The notes: generated from the letters alone by a model not told the origin. A stretch of DNA of 64,000 nt from Clostridia bacterium (GCA_017547285.1 JAFYQB010000033.1:1678-65677), one strand, 5' to 3'. Positions 41,644 to 51,208 are shown, counted from the first letter of the stretch. Program-made: numbers and translations.

Positions 41644-42405
41644 TTACTCCAAGCGCATTGCTTCAGTGGGTGTCTGGCCAGTCAGCCGATGAAACTCATA
41701 GCTGAAATAGCTCAGACTCTGAAATCCGCAGCGCGCAGCGACTTCGCTTACCGAATAATAGCCGGTTGACAACAGCAGCCGGGCGTTCTCGATGCGGATT
41801 TTTTTGAGATAGGCACTCGGAGAGGTGCCGAACCATTCCCGGAACTCCCGGCGGAAGTATGTTTCGCTTACGCCTGCCTGCTGCGCCAGCTGGTCAACAG
41901 AAAGCGCTGAATCGCCAAAACTGCGGTCAATTTGTTTGCGCGCTGCGTGCATGCGAAGCGGAATGCTGTCGCGTTCCACGTGCAGCTCTTCGTGCTGGAT
42001 CAAGGCAAGAATGTGGTAAAGGATAGACAGACAAGTATAGTCCTGCTCACGGCCTACTTTGTAGCGCTCCAGCAGAGCCTTAAAATGACTGAGTATCGCT
42101 TCACTGTGCTCCGGAACAAGCACTTGCGGAGGCTGCTTTTCTGATCCGCCTGTGGTGGTAAAATGGATCACGATGATTTCGCTGGGTTCAAGAACCTCGG
42201 TTTCATAGCTGGTTCCCTGCGGAGTGAAGGTAAGGCAGCCCGCTTCCGAGATCAGATTTTGACCAGCGCAGGCAATGCTGACTTTTCCGCTCAGTCTTAG
42301 GGAAAGGGCGTGGTGAGGGCGCCCGGCAACCCAAACGGGTTCCGATTTCTGAAAACGAGCAGAAAGCACCTGCAGACCCGTCACCACTTCACCTATACAT
42401 AACAT
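41644..42405 (-). CDS. AraC-family transcriptional regulator (start uncertain)
   Basis: ORF 41644-42465. ATG 42405 (GAAGAGG RBS) is preferred because ATG 42438 overlaps the best -10 element. The C-terminal HTH signature is VDQLAQQAGVSETYFRREF...GFQSLSYFSYEF. Confidence 0.8.
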   Translation of the reverse strand: MLCIGEVVTGLQVLSARFQKSEPVWVAGRPHHALSLRLSGKVSIACAGQNLISEAGCLTFTPQGTSYETEVLEPSEIIVIHFTTTGGSEKQPPQVLVPEHSEAILSHFKALLERYKVGREQDYTCLSILYHILALIQHEELHVERDSIPLRMHAARKQIDRSFGDSALSVDQLAQQAGVSETYFRREFREWFGTSPSAYLKKIRIENARLLLSTGYYSVSEVAARCGFQSLSYFSYEFHRLTGQTPTEAMRLE

Positions 42406-42436
42406 AAGGATCGCCTCTTCAATGCTTTCTTCCGGC

Positions 42437-42465
42437 ATTATATCACTTCTCTGAATACCTATCAA
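42437..42465 (-). promoter_or_regulatory. candidate promoter of the AraC gene
   Basis: On the minus strand: TTGATA (42460-42465), 17-nt spacer, TATAAT (42437-42442). Confidence 0.45.
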
Positions 42466-42568
42466 GTTTCGAATTCTGAAAATACTTTCGGTATCTGTGA
42501 TTGATTTTTATAGCTGGATGCGCGATAATATAGATAAGGATATCCTATCACAAAGGAGGAAAAATATC

Positions 42569-43474
42569 ATGAATGATCTCAAGCAGCGTATTGAAGAAGC
42601 TGTTCGCAAGGAAAGTATTGACCTGATCGGTTTTGCCCCCAAGTCCCGTTTTGAAGGTTTGGATGCCCGCCTGAATCCTTTCACCATCTTCCCTGAAGGC
42701 AAGACGGTGATTATGCTGGGCAAGCGCATCTGCCGCGGCTCCCTGCGCGGTATTGAAGAAGGCACCAACTTTGGCGATTACGGCCTGTTTGGTCGCAACT
42801 GGCTGGAAGACGAGTTCCTGTCCCTGGCCTGCTATGGTCTGACCAATGTGCTGGAAGATGAAGGCTGGGAAGCCGTGCCCGTATTCCCCAACCCCTCCGA
42901 ACTGGCTCCCACCGGCGTACCCGTTCGTGAAGGACAGCCCGCGCCCAACGTATTCCCCGACTTCACCTATGCCGCCGTGGCTTGCGGCCTGTGTGAAATC
43001 GGCCGCAGCGGCGTGCTGCTGTCCAAGCAGTTTGGTTCCCGTCAGCGTTTCCAGATGATCATCACCGACGCTGAAATCGAAGCCACTCCTCTGCTGGAAA
43101 GCAAGGTCTGCGACGGCTGCATGAAGTGTGCCGATGCCTGTCCTCTGGGCGCTATCAGCAAGGACGAAACCCGCACCATCACCATCTGCGGCAAGGAAAT
43201 GACCGTTGCTGTGGTGGATTATGACAAGTGCCGCATCTGCAAGAACGGCGCGCTGCCCAACCGTTTCACCAACAAAGCGCTGCCCGACCGCGTGCCTGCA
43301 CTGTGCAACCGCACCTGCATGTGCCACCTGGAGGAGAACAAGCTGGTGGGCAACCTGTTTGAAAACGCCTTCCGCCAGAACCCCATCTGGGCGCTGGATG
43401 CCTCCGGTGCCTGGACCGGCGACAGCCGCGTTCAGGATGTGCAGGGCGGCGTGTTCACCCGCGCACAGAAGTGA
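42569..43474 (+). CDS. 4Fe-4S protein of the epoxyqueuosine-reductase (QueG)/reductive-dehalogenase-like superfamily, paralogue A
   Basis: ORF trimmed to ATG 42569 (AAGGAGG RBS). The N-terminal domain reads LIGFAPKSRF...FPEGKTVIMLGKRICRGSLRGIEEGT. It continues FGSRQRFQMIITDAEIEATPLL and then CDGCMKCADACP plus further Cys motifs. No signal or Tat peptide. Confidence 0.7.
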   Translation: MNDLKQRIEEAVRKESIDLIGFAPKSRFEGLDARLNPFTIFPEGKTVIMLGKRICRGSLRGIEEGTNFGDYGLFGRNWLEDEFLSLACYGLTNVLEDEGWEAVPVFPNPSELAPTGVPVREGQPAPNVFPDFTYAAVACGLCEIGRSGVLLSKQFGSRQRFQMIITDAEIEATPLLESKVCDGCMKCADACPLGAISKDETRTITICGKEMTVAVVDYDKCRICKNGALPNRFTNKALPDRVPALCNRTCMCHLEENKLVGNLFENAFRQNPIWALDASGAWTGDSRVQDVQGGVFTRAQK

Positions 43475-43485
43475 GGTGACGCTAT

Positions 43486-44607
43486 ATGAAGCTGACCTCT
43501 CAAATGATCAAGGAGAAAGCCAAAGAGATAGGCCTTGATTGTATCGCCATCGGCAACATTGAGCGTTTTGAGAAAGCACCCTATCTGATGTCTCCCAAAA
43601 CCTATTTCCCCGGCGCAAAGTCTGTCATCGCCGTCGCCATGCGCATTCCCCGCGGCACCTACCGCGGCATTGAAGAAGGCACGCACTGGCACAACTATAC
43701 CTTCTACTCCTACAACAAGCTGAACACGCTGTTCCGCCCCAAGAAGTCCTATGAGCTGTGCTGCTTCATCGAGGATCACGGCTGGGAGGCTGTGGCGCAC
43801 TATCCCGCCGTTCCGGAAGGCAACGGCGTTCTGACCGAGCCTCTGGCCCCCGGCAAGCCTCCGCGTGATGTGGTATGCAGCGCACGTATTATCGCCGCCG
43901 GCACCGGTCTGGGCGAAGTGGGCTTCTCCAAGGTATTCCTGACCAAGAAGTTCGGCCCCCGTGTGCGTATCGGCCTCATCTTTACCGACTGTGAGCTGGA
44001 GCCCGATCCGATCCTGGATACCGGCGATATCTGCATCCACTGCGGCGCTTGCGCCCGCGAGTGCCCCGGCAACGCCATTCCGAGCGTCAAGAATCCCGAT
44101 GTGCGCATCGAGATCGACTACGGCGAAAAGAAGACCTGGTACGGCGACGTACAGATGGGCCGCTGCACGCTGAGCCACCACGGCTTCAACAATGAGTGCT
44201 CGCCCTTCCACAAGAAGGAATTCCCCAACATGGCCTTCGATGTGCGCAACACCGATATGACCGAGGAGGAAGCCTACATCCTGTGCTACTCCATGGCCTT
44301 TGCCAAGTGGGGCCGCAAGCCGGGCACCGACGCTGTGATGGAATATTATGATTACATCCTCAAGCATACCGGCTACTTTGCCATCTGCGGCGCTCGCGGC
44401 TGTATCCGTGCCTGTATGAATGCGCTGGAAAAGAGCAAGCGCATTGAGAACCTGTTCCACAATCCGTTCTACAAAAAGCCCAGCTGGCTGCTGCCCAACA
44501 AGCCGGAAACCATCTCCCGCGGTGTAAATCCCTATCGCGAGAAATATCTGGATGAAAAGTATCCCGGCATTCGTGAAAACGAATACGAAAAGAAAGCTGA
44601 CTGGTAA
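43486..44607 (+). CDS. 4Fe-4S protein of the QueG/reductive-dehalogenase-like superfamily, paralogue B
   Basis: 373 aa with a GAGGTG RBS. It aligns with paralogue A: IPRGTYRGIEEGT, EDHGWEAVA and FGPRVRIGLIFTDCELEPDPIL. It also carries CIHCGACARECP plus a second Cys cluster (CGARGCIRAC). Confidence 0.7.
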   Translation: MKLTSQMIKEKAKEIGLDCIAIGNIERFEKAPYLMSPKTYFPGAKSVIAVAMRIPRGTYRGIEEGTHWHNYTFYSYNKLNTLFRPKKSYELCCFIEDHGWEAVAHYPAVPEGNGVLTEPLAPGKPPRDVVCSARIIAAGTGLGEVGFSKVFLTKKFGPRVRIGLIFTDCELEPDPILDTGDICIHCGACARECPGNAIPSVKNPDVRIEIDYGEKKTWYGDVQMGRCTLSHHGFNNECSPFHKKEFPNMAFDVRNTDMTEEEAYILCYSMAFAKWGRKPGTDAVMEYYDYILKHTGYFAICGARGCIRACMNALEKSKRIENLFHNPFYKKPSWLLPNKPETISRGVNPYREKYLDEKYPGIRENEYEKKADW

Positions 44608-44636
44608 AACCGCAAGCTGGAATGGAGGATGACCCT

Positions 44637-46106
44637 ATGTATCTGCCGGTTTATCCCAAACCCACTTCCATGGTAGAAAGCGGCGGAAGCTATGTTCTTC
44701 CGCTGAAGGCTGAAATGCGTATTGCCGCCGGTGCAATGGATGAAACCCGCAAGGAGCTTGTGTGCGATATGTGGTATCGCTTTGCCTGCACCGCAGCCAA
44801 GCTGGTGATTGCAGAAGATGCCAGCCTGCCTGCCCATACGGCGGTCATTGGCTGCACTGAATGCGCCTGCAATGAGACGGATGATTACGCCATTACCGTT
44901 ACCGAAAGCGGCGTATGCGTGAAGGGCAAGGATGATCTCGGCCTGCTGCGTGGCTTTTATACGCTTTTGCAGCTGATTCGCCCCGTGTGCCTTGACGAAG
45001 GCAACGAGGATCTGCAGATCGACTGTGTTGTGGTGCACGACCGCCCCGCATTGGGCATGCGCGCCATTCACTTCTGCCTGTTCCCGGAAACTACGCTGGA
45101 TGTGCTGGAAAAGACCATCCGTCTGGCAGCGTTCATGAAGTATACGCACTTTGTGCTGGAGCCCTGGGGCGCATTAAAGCTGGACAGCTTCCCAGAGCTG
45201 GCATGGGCGGAGTGCTCCTACAGCAAGGATGAGATCAAGCCCTATCTGAAGCTGTGCAATGCCATGGGCATGGAAGTGATCCCCATGATCAACCATCTGG
45301 GTCACGCCACCCAGAGCCGCGGCGGCATGGGACGTCACACGGTGCTGGATCAGAATCCGCGCCTGTCTTTGATGTTTGAGCCGGACGGCTGGACCTGGTG
45401 CCTCTCCAATCCCATGGTGCATGAGAAGCTTCGCGCCGTGCGCGAAGAGCTGATCGACCTGTGCGGTGAGGGCAGCTATTTCCACCTTGGCTGCGACGAA
45501 TCCTACTCCTACGCCAGCTGCCCCAAGTGCCGCCAGCAGGATCATATTGCCATGCTGGCCGACTACCTGAACGGCCTGTGCGAAGAACTGGCTCAGCAGG
45601 GCCGCCGCGCCATCATCTGGCACGATCAGCTGCTTGAACGCGATGCATGGGAGCGTCCTCTGGTAGCCACTTCCCGTCCTGATCAGAAGACCCATCTGGC
45701 ATTGGAAAAGCTGGACCGCCGCCTGCTGATCGCCGACTGGCAGTACAACATTACTACGCCCGAACTGCCTACCAGCGAGTACTTCGTGAAGCAGAGGTTT
45801 GACGTGCTGATCTGCCCGTGGGACAAAGCGGGCAATGCGGTTGCCATGCATGCCGGCGCTGATAAACTGGGCCTTATGGGCGCCATGGATACCACCTGGC
45901 ACCATATGGATCCTATGCTGCGCGGCATGCTGGAATACGGCGGAAGCATCTGGAACGGCGCCAACTATGAGGCAAATCCCGGACAGGGCGTGCACTGTGC
46001 TGCACTTCTGCGCAAGATTATGCCCCACGCCCGCAGCTTTGCCAAGAGCGGCTTCCTTACCCACGAAATCGACCCGGATTACTGCCGCATCCTGTATGGC
46101 GGCTGA
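44637..46106 (+). CDS. divergent GH20-like protein (beta-N-acetylhexosaminidase fold suspected)
   Basis: ORF trimmed to ATG 44637 (GGAGG 7 nt upstream). VHDRPALGMRAIHFCL and FHLGCDES resemble the GH20 D.PRF.YRG and H.GGDE blocks. The HWH-type block is not evident. No signal peptide. Confidence 0.55.
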   Translation: MYLPVYPKPTSMVESGGSYVLPLKAEMRIAAGAMDETRKELVCDMWYRFACTAAKLVIAEDASLPAHTAVIGCTECACNETDDYAITVTESGVCVKGKDDLGLLRGFYTLLQLIRPVCLDEGNEDLQIDCVVVHDRPALGMRAIHFCLFPETTLDVLEKTIRLAAFMKYTHFVLEPWGALKLDSFPELAWAECSYSKDEIKPYLKLCNAMGMEVIPMINHLGHATQSRGGMGRHTVLDQNPRLSLMFEPDGWTWCLSNPMVHEKLRAVREELIDLCGEGSYFHLGCDESYSYASCPKCRQQDHIAMLADYLNGLCEELAQQGRRAIIWHDQLLERDAWERPLVATSRPDQKTHLALEKLDRRLLIADWQYNITTPELPTSEYFVKQRFDVLICPWDKAGNAVAMHAGADKLGLMGAMDTTWHHMDPMLRGMLEYGGSIWNGANYEANPGQGVHCAALLRKIMPHARSFAKSGFLTHEIDPDYCRILYGG

Positions 46107-46114
46107 TCAATACC

Positions 46115-46156
46115 AACCAAAAAGAAGCGGAGCAAATGCTTCGCTTCTTTTTGGTT
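46115..46156. terminator. bidirectional terminator between the convergent GH20-like and serine-hydrolase genes
   Basis: aaccaaaaagaagcg/cgcttctttttggtt is a perfect 15-bp stem with A/T runs on both sides. Confidence 0.65.
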
Positions 46157-46163
46157 GATTGTT

Positions 46164-47213
46164 TTATCCTTTGCACCACGCCGATACCGCTGCATTGTGC
46201 GCATACCGGCGCACACGCCAGATGGAATCGGTATCGAATTGTTCTTTGCAGGTACGGTTCGTAAGCAGCGCCATGTAGAAACCCAGTTCCGGATCAGCCA
46301 TCACGCTGGTCCCGGTCCAGCCGCTGTGGCCGAATGCCATGGGCGAGCAGGTATCACATACGGTTTGACCGCGCTGGGCGGAACGATAGAAGCCCAGTCC
46401 GCGCTGCATATTGCTGAAGGGCGTCAGGTTCTGATTGGCCGCAGCCAGCGTGGGTGCGGATACGATTGGTTCGCCGCCGCGCAGCAGCATGCGGGCGAAT
46501 TTACCGCAGTCTTCGATGGTGGAGAACACGCCCGCGTTGCCCACCGGACGGCCCAGATAGCGCGCGTTGTAATCGTTCACAATGCCCTTCACCGGCTCGG
46601 TCAGGCTGGTCGCTGCGATGTTATCGCCCACGGGTGCGTAACCGGTGTTTTTCATGCCCAGAGGATCAAACACGCGCTCTTGGGCCAGCACATCCAGTGA
46701 CTTGCCGCCCAGCTTTTCCAGCAGTTCGCCCAGCACGATAAAGCCAAGGCAGGCGTAGGAAACCTGCGTTTCTGCCTCATAGGAGCCGTTGCCGTACAGC
46801 ACGTCCTCCGATTTGAGAATGGCCTCTGCAATGGTATCCTTGGGGAAACCCACAATGGATTTGCCGCCCGGCAGACCGCTGCAATGGCTCAGCAGCTGAC
46901 GAACCGTCATTTTGGCGGATTTTTCCGGCAAACTGTCCCAGAAAAGGCCCAGATGATCGGTGGGAGAAAGGATGCCTTCCTCGATCATGGTCAGAGCAAT
47001 CATCGTAACGGAAAAAATTTTGCTAACGGAAGCCATATCAAAAATGGTTTCTTCATTCACGGGCAGCAGCTCCGGCTTTACCTGCCGCATGCCCTCGGCA
47101 TAGCGCCAGAGAGGGCCGTGCACATCGCCGATTTCCACCACGGCGCCGGGAAAGATTTCCTGCTGGATGGCTCTGCTGATGACCTGCTGAACACGCTCAA
47201 AACGATTTATCAT
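46164..47213 (-). CDS. serine hydrolase (beta-lactamase/class C/PBP4*-like family)
   Basis: 349 aa. The S-x-x-K motif is in FDMASVSKIFSV. No signal peptide. Confidence 0.8.
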   Translation of the reverse strand: MINRFERVQQVISRAIQQEIFPGAVVEIGDVHGPLWRYAEGMRQVKPELLPVNEETIFDMASVSKIFSVTMIALTMIEEGILSPTDHLGLFWDSLPEKSAKMTVRQLLSHCSGLPGGKSIVGFPKDTIAEAILKSEDVLYGNGSYEAETQVSYACLGFIVLGELLEKLGGKSLDVLAQERVFDPLGMKNTGYAPVGDNIAATSLTEPVKGIVNDYNARYLGRPVGNAGVFSTIEDCGKFARMLLRGGEPIVSAPTLAAANQNLTPFSNMQRGLGFYRSAQRGQTVCDTCSPMAFGHSGWTGTSVMADPELGFYMALLTNRTCKEQFDTDSIWRVRRYAHNAAVSAWCKG

Positions 47214-47300
47214 AACAAACGCTCCTTTGCTAATGGTACAAATAAGGCAGGGCGTAAACCCTGCCTTGACGGCGGTGATCCGCCAGTATGTTGTTTTGAA

Positions 47301-48227
47301 TCAACCCTTCACAGAACCGATCATAACGCCCTTGATGAAGTAGCGCTGGATGAAGGGATATACGCACAGGATGGGCGCGGTGGCGACCACGATCAAGGCG
47401 TACTTGAGGATGTCGGCCAGGCCCTGCTTGGCAACCATGGCTTCAACGTCGACCATGTCGTCCAGAGAGATCTGGCTGGCCAGCAGGATCTCACGCAGGA
47501 TCAGCTGCAGGGGGTACTTGTCAACGTCATTGAGGTAGATCATGGCGTTGAAGTAGGCGTTCCAGTGGCCTACGGCGTAGTACAGGGTGATAACAGCGAT
47601 GATGGGCTTGGACAGCGGCAGCAGAATCTTGAAGAAGAATCCTGCGTCGCTGCAGCCGTCGATCTGGCTGGCTTCCAGCAGTTCTCCGGGAATGGAGGAG
47701 CTCATGTAGGTGCGCACCAGAATCATGTTGTACACGCTCAGAGCACCGGGGATCAGCATGACCCAGCGGGAGTTTACAAAGCCGATCTTGCTCATGAGGA
47801 TGTAGGTGGGAATCAGACCGCCGCCAAAGTACATGGTGAACAGGAACAGCAGGCTGAAGAAACGGCGCATGGGGAAATCGCGGCGTGCCAGCGGGTAGGC
47901 ACAGGTAAGGGTGATGGCAAGGTTGATAATCGTACCAACAACCGTGTAGAAGATGGTGTTGGAATAAGCAGAAATGATGTGCTTATGAGCAAACACGGTG
48001 CGGTAGCCTTCCAGCGTGGGTTCCACAGGCCACAGCAGCACACGGCCGGTACTTACGGCAGTGCCGCTGGAGAAGGAGGAGGATACCACGTAAATCAGCG
48101 GATAGAGAACAACAATGGTAAACAGGGTCAGGATGGTTCCAACAACCGCATACAGAATCTTATCTTCTGTGGGATCCTTGATGCGGCGCTTTTTGATTTC
48201 CTGCTTGCTCAGCTTGATGGCGCTCAT
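47301..48227 (-). CDS. carbohydrate ABC transporter permease (LplC-type)
   Basis: 308 aa. The EAA loop is EASQIDGCSDAGFFFKILLPL. Confidence 0.85.
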   Translation of the reverse strand: MSAIKLSKQEIKKRRIKDPTEDKILYAVVGTILTLFTIVVLYPLIYVVSSSFSSGTAVSTGRVLLWPVEPTLEGYRTVFAHKHIISAYSNTIFYTVVGTIINLAITLTCAYPLARRDFPMRRFFSLLFLFTMYFGGGLIPTYILMSKIGFVNSRWVMLIPGALSVYNMILVRTYMSSSIPGELLEASQIDGCSDAGFFFKILLPLSKPIIAVITLYYAVGHWNAYFNAMIYLNDVDKYPLQLILREILLASQISLDDMVDVEAMVAKQGLADILKYALIVVATAPILCVYPFIQRYFIKGVMIGSVKG

Positions 48228-48247
48228 GGTCTATGCTCCTCCTTTCT

Positions 48248-49192
48248 TTAGAATAGACCCATGCTGCCACGGGACAGCTTGTTGGACAGGGTGTTGAAAA
48301 TGACCAGCATGCAGCAGTTCACAGCAGAGTTGAACAGGCCAATGGCAGAAGCATAGGAGAACTGCGTGGTGCCGCGGCTCATACCGGTCTTGTAGACGTA
48401 GGTCGAAATGACCTCGGAAGCAATCAGGTTGGTGCTGTTCTGCATCAGGTAGGTCTTTTCGAAACCTACGTTCATGATGGAACCGGCGTTCATGATCAGC
48501 ATGATCGCAGCGGTGGGGATCAGAACAGGGAAGTCGATGTAGATGATGCGCTTCAGGCGGGAAGCGCCGTCGATCTCCGCTGCTTCATGCAGCTCGGGGT
48601 CAACGCTGGACAGGGCGGAAATATAGATGATGGTATTCCAGCCAAGGTTCTGCCAGATGCCGCTCCACACATACATGTGACGGAACGCGCCGGCATTGGT
48701 CAGAATATCCTGAGGATAACCCTCACCGCCAAACAATCGGTATACGGTGCCATACATACCCATAACCGGGTTGAACATTTGGGTGATCATACCAACCAGA
48801 ACTACCACGGAGATGAAGTGCGGCATGTAGGTGATGGTCTGCACCATCTTTTTGAACTTGGCATTGCGCACGGTGTTAATGCACAGCGCCATGATGATGG
48901 AAAGCGGGAAGTTCATGAACAGGCTGTAGAAGGAGATGATCAGCGTATTCGAGAGTACGCGGCCAAACTGATAGGAATTGAAGAACTTGGTAAAGTGTTT
49001 GAGGCCTACCCACGGGCTGTTCCAGATGCCAGCGCGGGGCTGATAGTTGCGGAAAGCGATCTGTACGCCAAACATGGGGTAGTAAGCAAAAATCAGAATG
49101 TAAACAACCGCAGGGACCAAAAAAAGAAACAGCTGCCAGCGCTTAGCACAGTTGCGCAGAAATTTCTTTGTCGGAGATACAGTGTTGGTCAT
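48248..49192 (-). CDS. carbohydrate ABC transporter permease (LplB-type)
   Basis: ORF 48248-49309 trimmed to ATG 49192. The EAA loop is EAAEIDGASRLKRIIYIDFPVL. Confidence 0.85.
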   Translation of the reverse strand: MTNTVSPTKKFLRNCAKRWQLFLFLVPAVVYILIFAYYPMFGVQIAFRNYQPRAGIWNSPWVGLKHFTKFFNSYQFGRVLSNTLIISFYSLFMNFPLSIIMALCINTVRNAKFKKMVQTITYMPHFISVVVLVGMITQMFNPVMGMYGTVYRLFGGEGYPQDILTNAGAFRHMYVWSGIWQNLGWNTIIYISALSSVDPELHEAAEIDGASRLKRIIYIDFPVLIPTAAIMLIMNAGSIMNVGFEKTYLMQNSTNLIASEVISTYVYKTGMSRGTTQFSYASAIGLFNSAVNCCMLVIFNTLSNKLSRGSMGLF

Positions 49193-49268
49193 GGAGCCAC
49201 CACCCCTATTACTTAATAGAAAGGGGCGGAGGAAAGAGGTCTTCCCTCCGCCCGAGGTTATGAAAGAA

Positions 49269-50927
49269 TTACTTGAACATACGGTCGTAGGCGCCCTGCA
49301 TGGTCTCAACGTAAACGTCCAGACCGATGGCGTTCAGTTCGGTCAGGTAGGCGTCCCAGTCAGTCTCAACGTTCTTGTTGCCAAGGATGAAGTTGGACAT
49401 GGCTTCGTTAACGTAGCTCTGCAGGCTGGTTTCGATATCAGCAACCAGATCGATTTCATCCTGAGTCTTGATCAGGCCGAAGGCCAGGTTTTCAGGATGC
49501 TTGGAGTGACGCAGCGGCACAGAGGAGTACCACAGGGTATCCATCTGGTAGCGGCGGTTGCCTTCGGGATAGGGCTCGCCAGCCAGACCGGCGAACAGTT
49601 TCGGAGGCAGCATGTTGAAGGAGTTGTCGTTCCAGATGATGGCGTTCTCGGTGGTCCAGGGGGTACGGCTGGTAGCGGGCTGACCATAGATGGCGGTGAA
49701 GCCTTCCAGGTACTTATGACGGATTTCACCTTCGGTGGTGTATTCCCAGTCAATGTTCTGCTCGCCGTAGCGCATGGTCAGAGACAGATCCTCACGGGCG
49801 ATGGCGTCCAGAACGCGGAAAGCCAGTTCAGGATTCTCGCAGTCAGCGGTGATGTAGGTCTTGCAGGTGGGCTTGGCCAGCTTGTAGGGAGACCACTGCA
49901 CGCCTTCGGGACCAACCATAGCGGGAACAGCAACGTACTCCTGTACGCGGTCAACGGAACCGTCAGAACCGAACAGGGGAGAGGGATGGCCAACGAAAGC
50001 GCCAACCAGAGTAGCCTGATCGTTGGGGGCAGACAGGATAGCCTTCAGCTCGTTCTGAGACTGAGAGAAGCTCAGGGGGCTCAGCAGGCCTTCAGCGTAC
50101 AGCTTGGCCAGGTAGCGCAGACCTTCGTGCCACTCTTCGGTAACGAAAGGAGCGGACAGAATGCCGTCGTTCACGTTCAGCTGCCAGCCGAAATCGCCGC
50201 TCCAAGCGTCATAGATGAAAGCGTTCATCAGCTGGGTGCGTACGTCGCCCATCCAACCGGCATGGCCGATCAGGGGGATTTCGTCGTTGACATCGCCGTT
50301 GCCGTTGGCGTCATTTTCCTTGAAAGCCTTCAGCACGTTGTACAGTTCTTCGGTGGTGGTGGGGATTTCCAGACCCAGGTTATCGCACCAGGTCTTGTTG
50401 ATCCACATACCCAGAGCGGAGTTGTCGCCGGGGTCGGAGTAGTAGGAAGGATAGCCGTAGATGTTGCCGTCGGCGGAAGTGGCATACTTCAGAACCAGTT
50501 CCTTTTCATCGGCAGCATAGGTATCCATGGCCAGATTCCAGTAGTAAGCGTCGTTCTCCAGCCAATCGTTCATGGGCAGGAAGTAACCGGAAGAGCCGTA
50601 ATCCAGCTTTTCGGTGTCGTTCAGGCTCAGAACCAGAATGTCGGGCAGCTTCTGGCCGCCGGCGACCATCAGGCTGAACTTCTGCTTGGCTTCGGAGCCG
50701 TCGGTGGGCAGGGTTTCGATGACCAGTTCAACACCGGTCACTTCCTTGATCAGCTTGGTCAGGTAGTTGTCGGTGTAGTCGGTGACCATCGCGTGCTTCT
50801 GAATCATCATGGTCAGCTGCACGGGTTCATCAACCAGGGGCAGGGTGCCGGGAGCTGCGATTTCCAGTGCGAAAGCATTGGAAGCCAGCATGATCAGCGC
50901 CAACAGGGTTACCAGGAACTTCTTCAT
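49269..50927 (-). CDS. ABC transporter extracellular solute-binding protein (LplA-type, large)
   Basis: 552 aa with an AAGGAGG RBS. Signal peptide MKKFLVTLLALIMLASNAFA has no lipobox Cys. Confidence 0.85.
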   Translation of the reverse strand: MKKFLVTLLALIMLASNAFALEIAAPGTLPLVDEPVQLTMMIQKHAMVTDYTDNYLTKLIKEVTGVELVIETLPTDGSEAKQKFSLMVAGGQKLPDILVLSLNDTEKLDYGSSGYFLPMNDWLENDAYYWNLAMDTYAADEKELVLKYATSADGNIYGYPSYYSDPGDNSALGMWINKTWCDNLGLEIPTTTEELYNVLKAFKENDANGNGDVNDEIPLIGHAGWMGDVRTQLMNAFIYDAWSGDFGWQLNVNDGILSAPFVTEEWHEGLRYLAKLYAEGLLSPLSFSQSQNELKAILSAPNDQATLVGAFVGHPSPLFGSDGSVDRVQEYVAVPAMVGPEGVQWSPYKLAKPTCKTYITADCENPELAFRVLDAIAREDLSLTMRYGEQNIDWEYTTEGEIRHKYLEGFTAIYGQPATSRTPWTTENAIIWNDNSFNMLPPKLFAGLAGEPYPEGNRRYQMDTLWYSSVPLRHSKHPENLAFGLIKTQDEIDLVADIETSLQSYVNEAMSNFILGNKNVETDWDAYLTELNAIGLDVYVETMQGAYDRMFK

Positions 50928-50982
50928 GTTTGTTCCTCCTTATGAATTTTTGCATGGACTCACGCCATGTTTTATTGCAATT

Positions 50983-51011
50983 ATTATAGCATTTATAAAG
51001 GAAGCTTGCAA
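50983..51011 (-). promoter_or_regulatory. candidate promoter of the minus-strand ABC operon
   Basis: On the minus strand: TTGCAA (51006-51011), 17-nt spacer, TGCTATAAT extended -10 (TATAAT = 50983-50988). Confidence 0.55.
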
Positions 51012-51157
51012 GTAAACTATATTCAAAAATATAACTATTTTGTTCAAAAATCGTCTTTTTTGGTCAAACAAAACATCTTTTTAACAAATAGCTTGGGTTT
51101 GCAGGAAGAACCTTATATGCTTCACATCACGCTGGTATTTTGATTTTCTTCTTCAAT

Positions 51158-51192
51158 AAAAAGAACATCCAGCCGCTTAAAACAGCTGGATG
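51158..51192 (-). terminator. terminator after the SDR gene
   Basis: catccagc/gctggatg 8-bp stem. On the minus strand it is followed by TTCTTTTT. Confidence 0.5.
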
Positions 51193-51208
51193 CATATGTT
51201 TTGGATGG

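Noticed and set aside
50928-51208. Invertible promoter (inverton) in the 280-nt AT-rich gap between the ABC operon and the SDR operon.
   Set aside because: No long inverted repeats flank the promoter, and no site-specific recombinase lies nearby. The region is explained by a promoter, the A/T motif sites and the SDR terminator.
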